Program-made: the position numbers and the translations under genes
Notes under the pieces: model-generated
Databases searched by the model: none
The model's input: only the letters and a program-made list of their open reading frames with translations
Told to the model about the DNA's origin: nothing
Source of the DNA: the human T2T-CHM13v2.0 reference genome, Homo sapiens
Length of the DNA stretch: 64,000 nt
Assembly (NCBI RefSeq): GCF_009914755.1
Contig: NC_060925.1
Direction: 5' to 3' (one strand)
Shown here: positions 10,906-24,715 of the stretch, in pieces
Position numbering within the stretch: position 1 is the stretch's first letter
Layout of the letters: each line of letters opens with the position of its first letter

Positions 10906-12749
10906 TAAAGACTGAAGATGGAAAGGTGGAAGGAGAGAGCCGGGCCGGGCACCACTCCGCAGGGAGGCCTTTGTTTGCCGACTGAAAGGGTCAGAGGCCC
11001 TGTGCTGGACTCTGAGAAGCCATGTCAAGCACACACATTTTTCTTTGAGAAAGCGGCATGTGGCATGCGGCAGGGGCCTGTATTTAATAACACAACCCTC
11101 ACATGAAAGGCAGGGGAGATGTGGATAGCTCCGTCGCTGGAGAGCTGTCTAATCCTGATAAATGCAGCATCATCCCTCCCACAGTGAAAAGTCCCTGCAT
11201 TAGATTAAACATATCAATCCTGTGTGTTACCTTCTCTTGTCTGACAGCCAGCACCTGGACGGCCTCTGGCGACCTGCCTTCCATGGCCCTATGTGGAAAG
11301 TACATGGCTGAGCCCCAGATTCCAAGTAATGTCCATGCTCCAGCCCTGGGGAAGCAGCACCGAGGCTGGACACTGTTGCTGAGGCAAGGCTGGGCAGCTG
11401 CCCTGGGTTGGTAGTCGGTCACAGCTCTCCGAGAGCCCTGTGATGCTTTGAAGGAAGAATGTGTGTTTTTGTAGCACACGCTGTTCACGCCCCAGCAGGC
11501 CAGTGCCCCATTCCTGAGCCTTCTCAGGGGCAGCCCAGCCCTCTCCTCTGGGACTGTGCAGAGATGGAGGCGAGAGAAGTAACACAGCCTGGACCGGGAA
11601 GGTAGACTGCTGTGTGTCCCCGCGGATTCAGGCGGCTCTGATCCCACCTGATAGGTAGACAAGAACGCACTTGGCAACTAGTAGCCACTCACCTGGTACC
11701 CGGGCCATGTGGACCTGCCCTAGTGTGGCCTCGCTTACTGCCCGCCAGGGACTCTCAGTGCCTCCCCTTCCTGATGGTCCTGCCTGCCCCAGGTAGGGGG
11801 GTCCAACTCCAGAATCCCCCTCGGAGCCAGCCTCTCAGGGATTCAGGTGCCTTTGACCGGGGCCCTGCTTGCAAGGGAAGGATGGATGGGGAGGAGATGG
11901 CAGGGCAGGGGCTGAGGAAGAGGTGGTGTCTTCAGGAGAGAGCCTCAGTCTGTCCTCCAGGGAGCCCTGGAGTGGGAATCAGGAGGGGGTGACCTGCCCT
12001 CATGTAAGGCGGCTCCCATCAGCCAAGGACAGTTCCTGGTCCAGGGCCTGGTCCTGGTCCAGGGCCACATGCCTTCTCTCATGCTGACCTCTGCATGGTC
12101 CGAGAGGGGAGGGCTGGGCTGGTTGGGCACCTTGCAGAACAGTGTGTGTGCTCACCCTATGGCGGCATCACGTGAATGGAGCAGCGAGGAAGGAGCAGCT
12201 GGTACGTTAGAGGCTTTGGTGAGACACTCACGTTCCAAAGGCAGGAGCTAAACCCAACAAAGACTCCAGGGCTGGGCCTGTCAGTGAAGATTTCAGGGAT
12301 CCAGAGGTCTGGGCCATGTCAAGGCATCCCCTCCAAAATCAAAAATAGGTGAGGGCACCTCAAACCTCTTACCACTGAGAAAGGCGCACGAATCTCGGTG
12401 GGCAGAGCCCAGAGCAAGGCATGCTTCTGCAGCAGGTCCAGGCTGTGCCGCAGGCCAATGACCATGGTGAATTCATCCGAGGCCTGTGGTGCTGGTTGAC
12501 AGCCACTGCTCAGGAGCCTGTGACCCACTGCGCTCCTCAGAACAGCTCCCTGCAAAGACCATCCCTCCTCATATAACCTAGGTGAGGCTCACAGACACCC
12601 CCACCAGTTTACCCAGGACAAGTCCAGACACAGCCCCTCTGAATTCCATTTCTTTGCCTCACAGATGATTAGTGGAACTGTTTTGTCCCCACTGATAATT
12701 GGAACAAAATGCTTGTTAGTGAAACAGTTCTGCTTCTCTCCCACCCCAG

Positions 12750-13350
12750 GCCCTGAACTCTGGCTTACCCTCAGCCTGAACCCATAGACGGCCATCCGGT
12801 CTGAAAGCAGGCTGGCCTCAGGGTCAAATGTTCTCTGATCCATTGTCCCACTGAGCCACCTCCACCTTTTCTTCTCACCTCCCACACCAGTCCTTTCTAA
12901 TCCCATAAAGAAAAGCCTCTTTCTGCCTAACTTTTGGGATGCTTTCAGGTCTCATGGTGGGAGCCTTCTCCTCACTGCAACAGCCCTCCCCCACTGCAGT
13001 AGCCCCTCCCCCACTGCAATAGCCCCTCCCCCACTGCAGCAGCCCCACTGCAATAGCCCCTCCCCCACTGCAGTAGCCCCTCCCACTGCAGTAGCCCCTC
13101 CCCCACTGCAATAGCCCCTCCCCACTGCAGTAGCCCCTCTCCCACTGCAGTAGCCCCTCCCCCACTGCAATAGCCCCTCCCCCACTGCAATAGCCCCTCT
13201 CCCACTGCAGTAGTCCCTCCCCCACTGCAATGGCCCCTCCCCCACTGCAATGGCCCCTCCCCTGTTGCAATGGTTCCCACTCCCTATTGCAAGAATTCTT
13301 CTGAATCCAGTCTCTCCTTAGTGAGTCCAGAGTTATGCTTTTGTTTGAAC
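12750..13350 (+). mobile_element. Probable ERV1 LTR (MER34/MER39-like) hosting the 20-bp VNTR
   Basis: 3' end CCCTATTGCAAG..TTCTGAATCCAGTCTCTCCTTAG..AGTCCAG..TTTGAAC resembles recalled MER39-group ends; 5' boundary uncertain. Confidence 0.45.
12972..13292. repeat. Minisatellite, 20-bp unit CACTGCA(G/A)TAGCCCCTCCCC, 15 copies plus 2 degenerate
   Basis: CACTGCA counted 15 times in tandem. Confidence 0.96.
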
Positions 13351-15070
13351 TGAGCAGGTGCCATGAGAGAGCTCTGGGGAAGGGGCTGATGGTCTCTTCT
13401 GGGGGTCAGTGGTTTCCCTGCACTTGTGGACATCAAGGCTCTGAGAGCTCAGGTACCTGCCTTAATGAGGCCCTGCCCCACCTGGGTGGTCTGTATTAGA
13501 GACAGTGACTGGGATGGAGGGGTTGGAATCATGGGGTTCACTGCATCCACTCCATCCAACTAGAATCCGTGGAATCTGGAACCTCCCTGCTTTCCGTGAT
13601 GATCCTAAACATGAACACAGTGAATCATCCTCAAGGCGCAGCCCCTCGAGTCATCTTATTCATGGCAGAAACTCTGAGTCCAGACGGAAGACACCCAGAA
13701 CAGCATTTTCCCTTCTTGAGTTAGCCCCGTCCATCCAGGGTCCTAGTGAACCTTCACTAGCATTCAGGGGAACTACCTACTTCAGATCATGGCACAGCCC
13801 GCTTGATTGCATCAGCTCATGTCTCTTTCAAGTTCCGTTTTCTCCTAGTCCACTGACTTCAGGCTGAAGTCACAAATCTTGCAGAGGTTTACAGCCCTGC
13901 CCATGGCTCCGTTTGCAGCATCCCTGCAGGCTGGCAGGGGTGGCTCCGAAGGCCGAGGGGCTGAGGAGAGATGATTCCTGAGCCTGAAGGAAGCCGGCCA
14001 GAGCCCCACGTAAGACGCCGCAGAGGCCACCTTGGGGGTGGAGAGGGCTGCCTGATGGATGTCATCTCTGAAAGCCACAGCGAAACTCAGGCTTGCTTTG
14101 AAATTGTCCCCAGGAGAATACTGGGAAACCCGCTGAGGGCCTCTTATCCGACAGCAGCCTGTGAGGCCTCATGTTATAATGGTCATTGTAACCCTCCCTT
14201 ACAAAGGGGAAAGTGGAAATAGACTCATCATGCCCTCGCATGTGTTAGGGGAATGAAAACTATCTCGCCTTTTCCCTTCTTCTCCTTTTGAAGGCTCCAG
14301 GTAACCCCACTTCTTCGAGGAAGCCTCCTTGGTCAGCTCAGCCTGCACACTCCTCCTTCAGATACCAGTGGCAGGAGACGCCTGGGTAAAAATCAGGAGT
14401 GCAGAGCCCCAGCCCATCTTCTTGTCTTGGTTAAGGCAGACACAAAAAATAGGTCCACTTTCTTGATTTCACATGCCCCTTCCCACCTACTGTGCCTGGC
14501 CTGGTGCTGTCTGGCTTTGTAATGAGTGTTGGTCTCTGACTTGACCTTCTTTCATCTCTGCTGGAGCTTGTCAGGCAATATCCATGAGCATTTTCTGAGT
14601 GTCTTTAGGGGTGGTTATTTGAAGGCACTGAGAATGTCAGGCTGAGATCTTTAGTAACCTGCCAGCCTTTAGTAATGTCACCTCCCATCCCACCCGGACA
14701 CCCCTGCGTGCGTGCCTTCCTCCCTGGGCTCTCTGCTTGGTGCTGGCCTGGGGCTGTCAGAGGGGATCTACTCCTATTTTTTATTATTATCATTTTCTGC
14801 AGACGGACTGAGCACTTCATAAACATTAACAATGACAAATCACCAGCCTCAGTGACACCACAATTACATAATGATAGTCATTACCCAGTGGCTGTTTGAT
14901 GCGCTGAGCAGCATCGGCCGGCGGTCCACTGCAGCCAGACGCAGATGCTGGAACAATAGCCATGAGCGAGGAGAGGGCCGGAGCCCAGCCAGGAAGGGAG
15001 GCCACGTTGGCGAGGGTCTCGGCCCTGCACTCTGAGGGGTGTAGGCGGCAGAAGGGAAACTCAAGGTCAC

Positions 15071-15518
15071 TGTACGAGTTCCTGTGGCTGTCTTATCAAG
15101 TCACCACCAACTGGGTGATCTTAAAACAACAGAAACATATTCTTTTGCAGTTCTGGAGACCTGAAGTTTGAGGTCATGGGGAAGGAAGGGTGGGCTCCTT
15201 CTCAGGCTATGTGGGAGACTCAGTCCCCAGCCTCCCAGGCTCCATTGCTGCAGGCCGTCCTTGGCCCTCTTTGGCCATCCTTGGCTTCTAGATGCATCAC
15301 CCCAGTCTCTGCCTCCAACAGCACACGGCCATTTCTTCCGTGCCTCTGTGTGTCTCTCCTCTCCTCACAAGGACACCAGTCACTGAATTAGGGCTCACTC
15401 TAATCCACTAGGACCTTATCTTAACTTAATTGGATCTGTAAAGGCTTTATTTCCAAATAAGGTCACATTCATGGGCTCTAGATGGACATGGACTGTGGGG
15501 GGGCACTAGCTCACTACA
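15071..15518 (-). mobile_element. MLT1C-like solo LTR
   Basis: TTAAAACAACAGAAA..CAGTTCTGGAG..AAGGACACCAGTCA..TATTTCCAAATAAGGTCACATTC. Confidence 0.9.
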
Positions 15519-15527
15519 GTCACTGAC

Positions 15528-15917
15528 TGATATGGTTTGGCTCTGTGTCCCCACCCAAATCTCATCTTGAATTGCAATTCTCATCTGTCAAGGGAGAGAC
15601 CTGCAATCCCCATGTGTCGAGGGAGGGAGGTGTTTGGATCATGGGGCCGTTTCCCCCATGCTGTTCTCCGGACAGTGAGTGAGTTCTCACAAGATCTGAT
15701 GGTTTATTAGGGTTTGGAAGTTCCTCTTTCCTTCCTCTCTCCCTGCTGCCTTGTGAAGAAAGTACTTGCTTCTCCTTCGCCTTCCACCATGATTGTAAGT
15801 TTCCTGAGGTATGCCCAGCCATGCAGAACTGTGAGTCAATTAAACTTCTTTCCTTTACAAATTACTCACTCACTCTCAGGGAAGTTCTTTATAGCAGTGT
15901 GAGAATGAACGAATACA
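15528..15917 (+). mobile_element. THE1D/MSTA-like solo LTR
   Basis: TGATATGGTTTGGCTCTGTGTCCCCACCC...GAATACA; TSD CTGAC/CTGAG. Confidence 0.93.
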
Positions 15918-16324
15918 CTGAGTCAAGATTTATGCCAGGCACTCTGGCTCCCGGCCTGAACCTTCCCCAGGAGACCACACTGCCTCCCAGACACTCAGCT
16001 CACTCCGTTCACACACTGGCCAGATGCACTGAATGGTCTTCTCTGCTTTCCAAATTCTGGGGTGGACAGGGCTGAGGAAGGGCCCTGCTCATCTCCTTGC
16101 CTGTGGTTGGCCTCTGAGTTTGAGGAAGGAAGATGCAATCTGTTCCCACCAAGGGTGCTGAGGAGCCTTTTCCTTGAGAATCATGGCCAAGACAAGGAGC
16201 TGAGCCCAGGAAGCCGGGTCCAACCTGTAGGAAGGATAAATACATAGGCAGGCAAAGGAGCCAAGGATGGCCAGCTATCATCAGATGCAGGAGCTCCTTG
16301 ACCAAGCATCCAAGTCAGAAAGTC

Positions 16325-17031
16325 TGTCTAGCAGCTGAGTAAATGACCAAGAGCTCCCAACAGCTGGGAGCTGGCCTGGCTGTGTGGGGTAGGCCTTCGT
16401 ATTCTGTTGATTAGAAATGGTTTAACAGCGTGTTAATATCTGACAAGGCCACCATGTCAGAGCACAGCCAAAAATGTCCAATCCACAGAATAACCAATCC
16501 CCCTGACCTGACCAATATGAATGACAGCTAATTCCTTACCAATTGCAGCTTTGTCCTCACTCCATTGTTCTGGCCTTCTCCATGCAAATATTAAGATATC
16601 CAATTATTAAATTATCTCCACTTCTTGACAGCATCCAATCCAGGGCAAAGTTCCAAATTCCTCCCACAAATCACCTAATACAAGGTCAAAGCTCTAATCA
16701 GTTCTTTCAACCCCAAATCCCCTAATATAAGGTCAAATCTCTAATCAGTTTTTTCCTCCCCCAAATCACCTAATACAATGTCAAAGTTCTAATCAATTCT
16801 TTCCTCCCCAAATCACCTAATAGAAGGCCAAAGCTCTAATCAGTTCTATCCTTCCCCAAGTTACCTAATACAAGGTCAAATATCTAATCAGTTCTTTGTA
16901 ACACGCTGTTATGAAGACGCTCCATGGCTTTCCATGGTGTGTGGTCTCCTGCATTGCAATGAGACAGTAAACTTAACTCTGTTTGACATTAAAAGTGTGT
17001 TCTTGGAGGTTTTGGTGGCAGGATATTGACA
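16325..17031 (+). mobile_element. ERV solo LTR (family not assigned) hosting a 47-48 bp tandem repeat
   Basis: LTR-like motifs GACAGCATCCAATCCAG and CCATGGTGTGTG..TTGCAATGAG..AGTAAA, terminal ..ATTGACA; 5' boundary approximate. Confidence 0.65.
16658..16897. repeat. Tandem repeat, 47-48 bp x 5
   Basis: AAATCACCTAATACAAGGTCAAAGCTCTAATCAGTTCTTT-like units at ~16668, 16715, 16763, 16810, 16858. Confidence 0.95.
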
Positions 17032-17034
17032 CAG

Positions 17035-17510
17035 GAAAATAATCATAGCTACCAGTATAAGCACTGTCTGTGCCAGGTACTGAAAAAGTGCTTTACATAC
17101 ATTATCACATCCTCCTCCTCATCAAACTTTGGAGTACTTACTCTAAGAGGGGAAACTGAGGCACAGAGGAGCCTGGTTCTTGGTTGTGCATATCTATGCC
17201 TGTGTGTGTATTTATATCCATATTCAGTTGTGCCCATCTGCACGAATACCTAGTTGCATGCCTATTCGTGTAGCTCTATCTGTATCTATATTTATGTCTA
17301 TGTGCATATCTAAATCTATACTGGGTTGTGTATATCTATATCTATATTTATATCTGATTATGTATGCATATCTGTACATTGATCTATATCTATGTATTTT
17401 CAACTTTATCAGATGTTACAGAGGAGGGAACAGAGGCATGAAGATGTTGTATAACTCACCCAAGGCTGTCCTATTAATCAGTTGTCGAGTTAGGTCTTGC
17501 ATCCAGACAA
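17035..17510 (-). mobile_element. MIR pieces separated by a (TA/TC)-rich low-complexity tract (~17185-17400)
   Basis: GGGAAACTGAGGCACAGAG and TAACTCACCCAAGG cores. Confidence 0.7.
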
Positions 17511-17544
17511 CCTAACCCAGCATCCACCACAGTTCTGGACAACA

Positions 17545-17645
17545 GAGCACTGTGTTTGTGTCCCCAGTGCTGAGAGCTGTGCCTGCACAAAGTAGGTGTT
17601 CACCAAATATACTTTTGGGATGAGTGAGTGCAGGCATGAATGAAA
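17545..17645 (+). mobile_element. L2 3' end
   Basis: GTGCCTGCACAAAGTAGGTGTTCACCAAATATAC..GAATGAA. Confidence 0.65.
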
Positions 17646-17654
17646 GAATCCACT

Positions 17655-18621
<967 letters not shown>

Positions 18622-18865
18622 TTAGAGTTTGCTTGACTAAGAGGAGAGGGAACAGTGTTCCCATTCATGCTGCTTCTGTAGGGGGCCGGGCAGTAGGTTG
18701 AGAGGAGGCTAGGGAGGCACGTGGGGCCAGTCCTGGCCTGGAGACTGACCGCATTAAGGATTTTTATTTTATATGAAATGAAATGATTTCTGAGCAGAAA
18801 GGGAAAGGGGATGATTTGCATTGTGTAAAGTTCAGTCTCCTTCCAAGTGAAGACAGGTTACAAAC

Positions 18866-20102
18866 TGTATTAGTATTTGGTGGCTGCTGTGACAAATGGC
18901 CACACACAGGCTCAGAACAGAAGTTTATTCTCTCGCAGTTTTGGAGCCAGGAGTTCAAATTCAAGGTGCTGCAGGTTTGCACTCTCTTCTATGGCTCTAG
19001 GGAAGGATTTCTCCTTGCTGCTTCCAGCTTCTGGTGGAGGGCAGCAACTCTCACTCTTCCTTGGCTTGTAGCTGCATCTCTCCGCTCTGCCTTCATCATG
19101 CCATGGCCGTCTAACCTCCGTATTTATCTGTGTCTGCATCTCTTTCATAGAATCATGCCAGTTAGAATGGTGAGCATTAAAAAGTCAGGAAACAACAGAT
19201 GCTGGCGAGGATGCGGAGAAATAGGAATGCTTTTACACTGTTGGTGGGCGTGTAAATTCATGCAACCATTGTGGAAGACAGTGTGGCGATTCCTCAAGGT
19301 TCTAGAATCAGAAATACCGTTTGACCCAGCAATCCCATTACTGGGTATATACCCAAAGGATATACATATATAAATCATGCTACCATAAAGACACATACAC
19401 ACTTATGTTTATTGCAGCACTGTTCACAATAGCAAAGACTTGGAACCAACCCAAATGCCCATCAATGATAGACTGGATAAAGAAAATATGGCACATATAC
19501 ACCATGGAATACTATGCAGCCATAAAAAAGGATGAGTTCATGTCCTTTGCAGGAACATGGATGAAGCTGGAAACCATCATTCTCAGCAAACTAACACAGG
19601 AACAGAAAACCAAGCACCGCATGTTCTCACTCACAAGTGGGAGTTGAACAATGAGAACATATTGGACACACGGAGGGAAACATCACACACCAGGGTCTGT
19701 TGCGGGGTGGGGGACTTGGGAGGGAAAGCATTAGGAAAAATACATAATGTAGATGATGGGTTGATGTGGGCAGCAAACCACCATGGCACGTGTATACCTA
19801 TGTAACAAACATGGACGTTCTGCACATGTATCCCAGAACTTAAAGTATTAAAAAAAAAAAGAAGGAGATCTGTAGTTTAAAAATAGTAATCACCAAGTTT
19901 AATCAATTAAAAAATAAATATTCTGTTAATTTAACAGAAAAAAAAAGAATGACATCAGCTACTGTATTTAGGGCCCATTCTAATGGATGATATAACCACA
20001 TCTTAACTAATTACATCTCCAAAGACGCTATTTCCAAATAAACTCACATGGTAAGGTTCTGGGTGGGCACGAATCTGGGAAGACACCCTTCAACCCCGTG
20101 CA
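18866..20102 (-). mobile_element. MLT1 solo LTR split by L1PA insertion (pieces 18866-19153 and 19947-20102)
   Basis: TGTATTAG..TTCTCTCGCAGTTTTGGAG, resuming GACATCAG..TTAGGGCCCATTCTAAT..TATTTCCAAATAA. Confidence 0.88.
19154..19860 (+). mobile_element. L1PA (about PA7/8) 3' fragment: ORF2 C-terminus, 3'UTR, poly-A
   Basis: ORF2 motifs GNNRCWRGCGEIG..PLWKTVWRFLK and WNQPKCPSMIDWIKK..FAGTWMKLETIILSKL. Confidence 0.97.
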
Positions 20103-21479
20103 CAGGGATCAGAGGGCAAGCAGGAGAGTAGCCCCTGGGTTGTCAGGGTCCAGGAGAGCTGACGGAAGCTCAGGGCAGAGCGGCAGTGGAGCTCTAGTGG
20201 AGCCAGAAGTGGGGATTCTAGAAGTATTTGGAAGTGGTTCGGCCACCACTCAGTGATGCACTGGATGTGAGGGAAGAAGAGGCATCCGCATGAGTGGGTA
20301 TCATGGAGAGTTGACCCGAGGGCAGTGGTCCAGGCAGTACCTCCTTTCCTGGGGTGAGCTCACCATTCTGCAGGGACACAGGTGAGACCACCTGGAAAGG
20401 CAGGGCCAAGTAGGGCTCTGAGGACCCCTCCCTCCAACCTGCATCTCCAGGCAGCATCTCACCATCGAGCCAGGTCTTTACTGGGTCCTGCCTGAGGTCC
20501 AAGGAAGAGCTTGTTGCCTCTGGGATTGTTTCTAGAACCATGTTTTTGTGTCAAGTGTTCAAGGGTGATGTGAAGCCTGGCCTCCCTTTGCTGGCTTGGA
20601 AAATAGGAGTCTGTGTCAACTGGCGGGGCTGGAAGTCACAGTTAGGGGCCCACACACCCACCCAAAATAGCCCTGGGAAGTGGTAGGTGGGGCCCGGAAG
20701 GCAGCGGCAGGAGGCTTGGAAGTCAAGCCTGTTATTGACACAAATGAGCAACTACACCCAAGAGGCAAATGCACAGCTAAGGCCAGAGCAGCCAGGCGGG
20801 GGTGGGGGGCAAATTGCCCTTGAGGAGCAATTCCTGCCTGGGGCGGAGGAGATGGGGGCTCCATGGGGTCACCTCTAGCTAATAAGGAAGAGGAAACCAG
20901 AGTGCTTCTGAGAAGTCCTGCTGGCAGGTGGCCCGGTCCCTGCACCCAGCGTCCCAGGCCACCCCAGCCACTGCTCACTCAGTCCCAGAGCTAGACTGTC
21001 TTGGCTTCAACCGATGGGAACACCATGTGGACTGACTGAAGCCAGGAAGGGGCTATACTGACTCACATATGAGTGTGGCTGGATTTGGGCTCAAACCAAG
21101 ACAACCCGTGGGCCTGGTCCTCTGCTCTCTGTGGCAGCCCCACTGGCGTCAGGCTCGCTCCTGCATCTGGAGCAGCCCCAGGGACCAAAGGGCTCTTTTT
21201 CCTCCACAGCTCGAGCTGCATCCTGGGGTTGATGGGCACCAACCTGGTTCAGGCTGATGTGAGTGGATGCGGTGTGGGTGTGTCTGCTGGGTCAGGTGGG
21301 GTCAGGTGGTGTCCTCTCCCCATGACTTACTTAGAGAGGGATTGGGGCCAACCAACCACCAGGTGTTTCTGGAGGCAGGGCCAGTGGCTGCCAAGCCAGC
21401 AGAAATCACAACTGTTGGTTACACCGCGCACATCTTCTCCCAGAGACGGAAATCCCACTGGACGTTTCAATGGAAATCA

Positions 21480-22129
<650 letters not shown>

Positions 22130-22919
22130 CTAGGTATAAAAATTGTTCCTCAGTAACAGGAAGGCAAACAGAGAAGAAAGTGAATGCAGAAGCTGCTTGC
22201 AGCCCCCAGGGCTGGGGGAACACAGGGAAGAGGCTGGACTAATTCAGGTGAGGCCTTGGAGAAGCGTCCGGGCTCTGAGATGAAGCCCCCTGCTGCTGCC
22301 AGCCCTGCTGCGGACCTGCGGGCATGGCTCTTCAGGGTGAGAAAAGCTGCAGCCTGGTTGACCTTATGCTGTCGGGGAAAGGAAGGGCTGTGGAGTGAGA
22401 CTGGCAGGAAGGGGGAGCATCCAGGCAGGAGTCACCCACCCCCTTGGTTCAGAGCCCATGGACCCATCATCAGAGCTTCCAGGAGCTGCAGGTGTGGCAG
22501 GGTGGGAGTTGGGGGGCTGGGCCTGGAGTTTGCTGCCTCCGGTGTTACTCTCCCCTGTAGGTCTGTTCTCCAGACCTTCCCTCTCAGCACCAAATGCTGG
22601 CCCCATGCATCCCTCCTGTCAACCCTGTCTCTGTGTCTCCTCTGCTACCGATTTCATTCCTTCTGGTTCTAGGCTGCAGCTGGCCTGAGTGTCCCGCCTG
22701 CCTCTCTCCACCCCACCCCTCTTCTGATGGGAGCCATGCTAGCAGCTACCTCCTGACAAGCCCAGCATCCTCAAGGCCTCAGCCTCATTAGGTTTGTTTC
22801 CTGCTTACACTGGTCCTCTTGGAAGGAGTCGCTGGGGTGCTCTGTGCCACACAGCCAGTCAGGGCCCCAGGCTGAGGGAGGCTCCGCCACCTCCAGCACG
22901 TGGTCTCCAGGTTTAGCAC

Positions 22920-23084
22920 TTGGGTTTGCTAGAGACACGCTAAGAAAGTAGCCCAAACAGGGGGACCCAGAGCCAGATGAATGCGTCCCCTCACAGTTCT
23001 GAGGTCTGAAATCAAGGTGTCTGCAGAGCTGGTTCCTGTTGAGGGTTGCAAAGGAGAATCTCTTCCAGCCTCTCTCCTAGCTTT

Positions 23085-23086
<2 letters not shown>
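22920..23086 (-). mobile_element. MLT1 fragment
   Basis: CTCACAGTTCTGAGGTCTGAAATCAAGGTGTCTGCAGAGCTGGTTCCT. Confidence 0.75.
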
Positions 23087-23118
<32 letters not shown>

Positions 23119-23305
23119 CATGTAGATATATGTGTGCATGTGCATATATGTGCTCACATGTGTACATGCGTGCACCTGTGTTGTGTGCATGTGCATATCC
23201 ATATAGGTGTGCGGTGCACATGTGTGTGCTTGTGTCTGCATGAATATGTACATGTGTGTACATATGCATGTGTGTGTGTGCATTTGTGATGTGTGTGCAC
23301 ACGTG
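23086..23305. repeat. (TG)n / (CATG)n alternating purine-pyrimidine tract
   Basis: Read directly from the sequence. Confidence 0.9.
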
Positions 23306-24047
23306 CCTGCAAAGACTTCTCCTCCCAGCTCGGGGGCCTTGGTCTGTCATGCTGGCTGCCGGTAGCTGGCCGTGAGAGCTGCAAGCTCTGCAGTCAGCAC
23401 AGAAGAGGGTCCTGCCAGCCCAGTGAGGAAGGGCAGGGCTCTGCTTCCATCATGTTGGAGAGGACCTCACACATCGAGTCTGGCTGCTGAATGGCCAGTA
23501 GGGATGTGGCATCCTGGAGCAGTGTCACTTGCAGACACCTTAGATACTGGCAGCCCTGAAGCAGCAAGGGCACCAGTTTTTCTTGAGGTTCCCTGGAGTT
23601 TGGAGGAAGGCCAGCGAGAGGACACTTAAATCCACAGAGTCACGTCTGCCTCACAAGCTACAGGTAGACCCTGGGCTGCCTGCACCTTGGAAAAAGCTCT
23701 CCACGCAAGCCCACTTCCCATGGATAAGGCTGATACTTTGTTCTTGGGTCTGAGTGCAACGTACCAGCCACTTATCATTTTGTTTGGATTTATTCCAGGC
23801 ACTGGCGGGTGCCGGGGGAGCTCACTGCTAACCCTACCCACCTGCTGGTGTGTCAGGGTTGATGACCTCAGAGCCAAGAGGCAGTTCATCTCTAGACATT
23901 TTCATTGGCAGAATTTATGCAGCAGGCACCTCTTGCACACTTGCTCCTTGGAGGAGGGCTATGGAGGCATAGTACAGGCCCTTCAGGAACTCAAGTCCAC
24001 CGATGATGGTGGAAATAATAACATCCATGTTTGAAGCAGCTGCCAGC

Positions 24048-24285
24048 CCAGTGGCTAAGAATGTGGCCTCAGGAGCCAGGCTGCCTGGGCTCCCATCCTG
24101 GGGCCACCATGAGAGCTGTGTGACTCTTGGCAATAACTTCACATCTCTGTGCTCTGTTTCCTCCTGACATGGGGACGCCTACATTCTGGGGATGGTATAG
24201 GATTCCATGAGTTAGTCACCCTAATGTTCTCATAACAGTGGCTAATGCACATAAGCACTCTATAAATGTGGGCTGTTACTCCTAA
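24048..24285 (+). mobile_element. MIR (near full length)
   Basis: AGTGGCTAAGAATGTGG..GGAGCCAGGCTGCCTGGG..GCTGTGTGACTCTTGGCAA..TAAGCACTCTATAAATG. Confidence 0.85.
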
Positions 24286-24604
24286 TAGTTGATATTTATC
24301 AAGATTTTATTATGTACCGGGCACTCAATGAAGCATTTTACATTTCTTATATCATGTGATCCTCAGAGCAAGTCGATGAGGTCCATGCTGGTGGGTGTCC
24401 AGCCTCAGGGCTGTGCTGGGCCTCAGCCTCTCCTTGGTGATTTGTAGCTACAGAGCTGCCTGTATAACCCCACAGTCTGCTGTTTGTTAACCACATAAGA
24501 GTGCCATGGTGCTCTGTGCCTGGTGAGCACAGGGATGCTGAGCAGAAGGTGCTGGGCTGGGGCCTCTGAACCATCGTGCCATGGTGTGCTTTCTAGCAAC
24601 GGCA

Positions 24605-24715
24605 TCCTCCAGAGGGGGAAACTGAGGCTCAGCACACTGGAAGAGCTGCCTATGGCGGCCCCAAAGCCAGAAGGTGGCAGAGCTGGGATTTGAACACAGG
24701 CTTGAGTCTGTATGA
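24605..24715 (-). mobile_element. MIR fragment
   Basis: GGGAAACTGAGGCTCAG..GTGGCAGAGCTGGGATTTGAAC. Confidence 0.75.

Noticed and set aside
13880-14160. Local CpG enrichment (also ~11590-11740 and ~32200-32560)
   Set aside because: Too short and sparse by eye to call a CpG-island promoter
18783-19647. ORFs with real protein similarity (L1 ORF2 C-terminus); also 33934-34176
   Set aside because: Frameshifted 5'-truncated L1 fragments fused by chance to MLT1/MST sequence, not host genes
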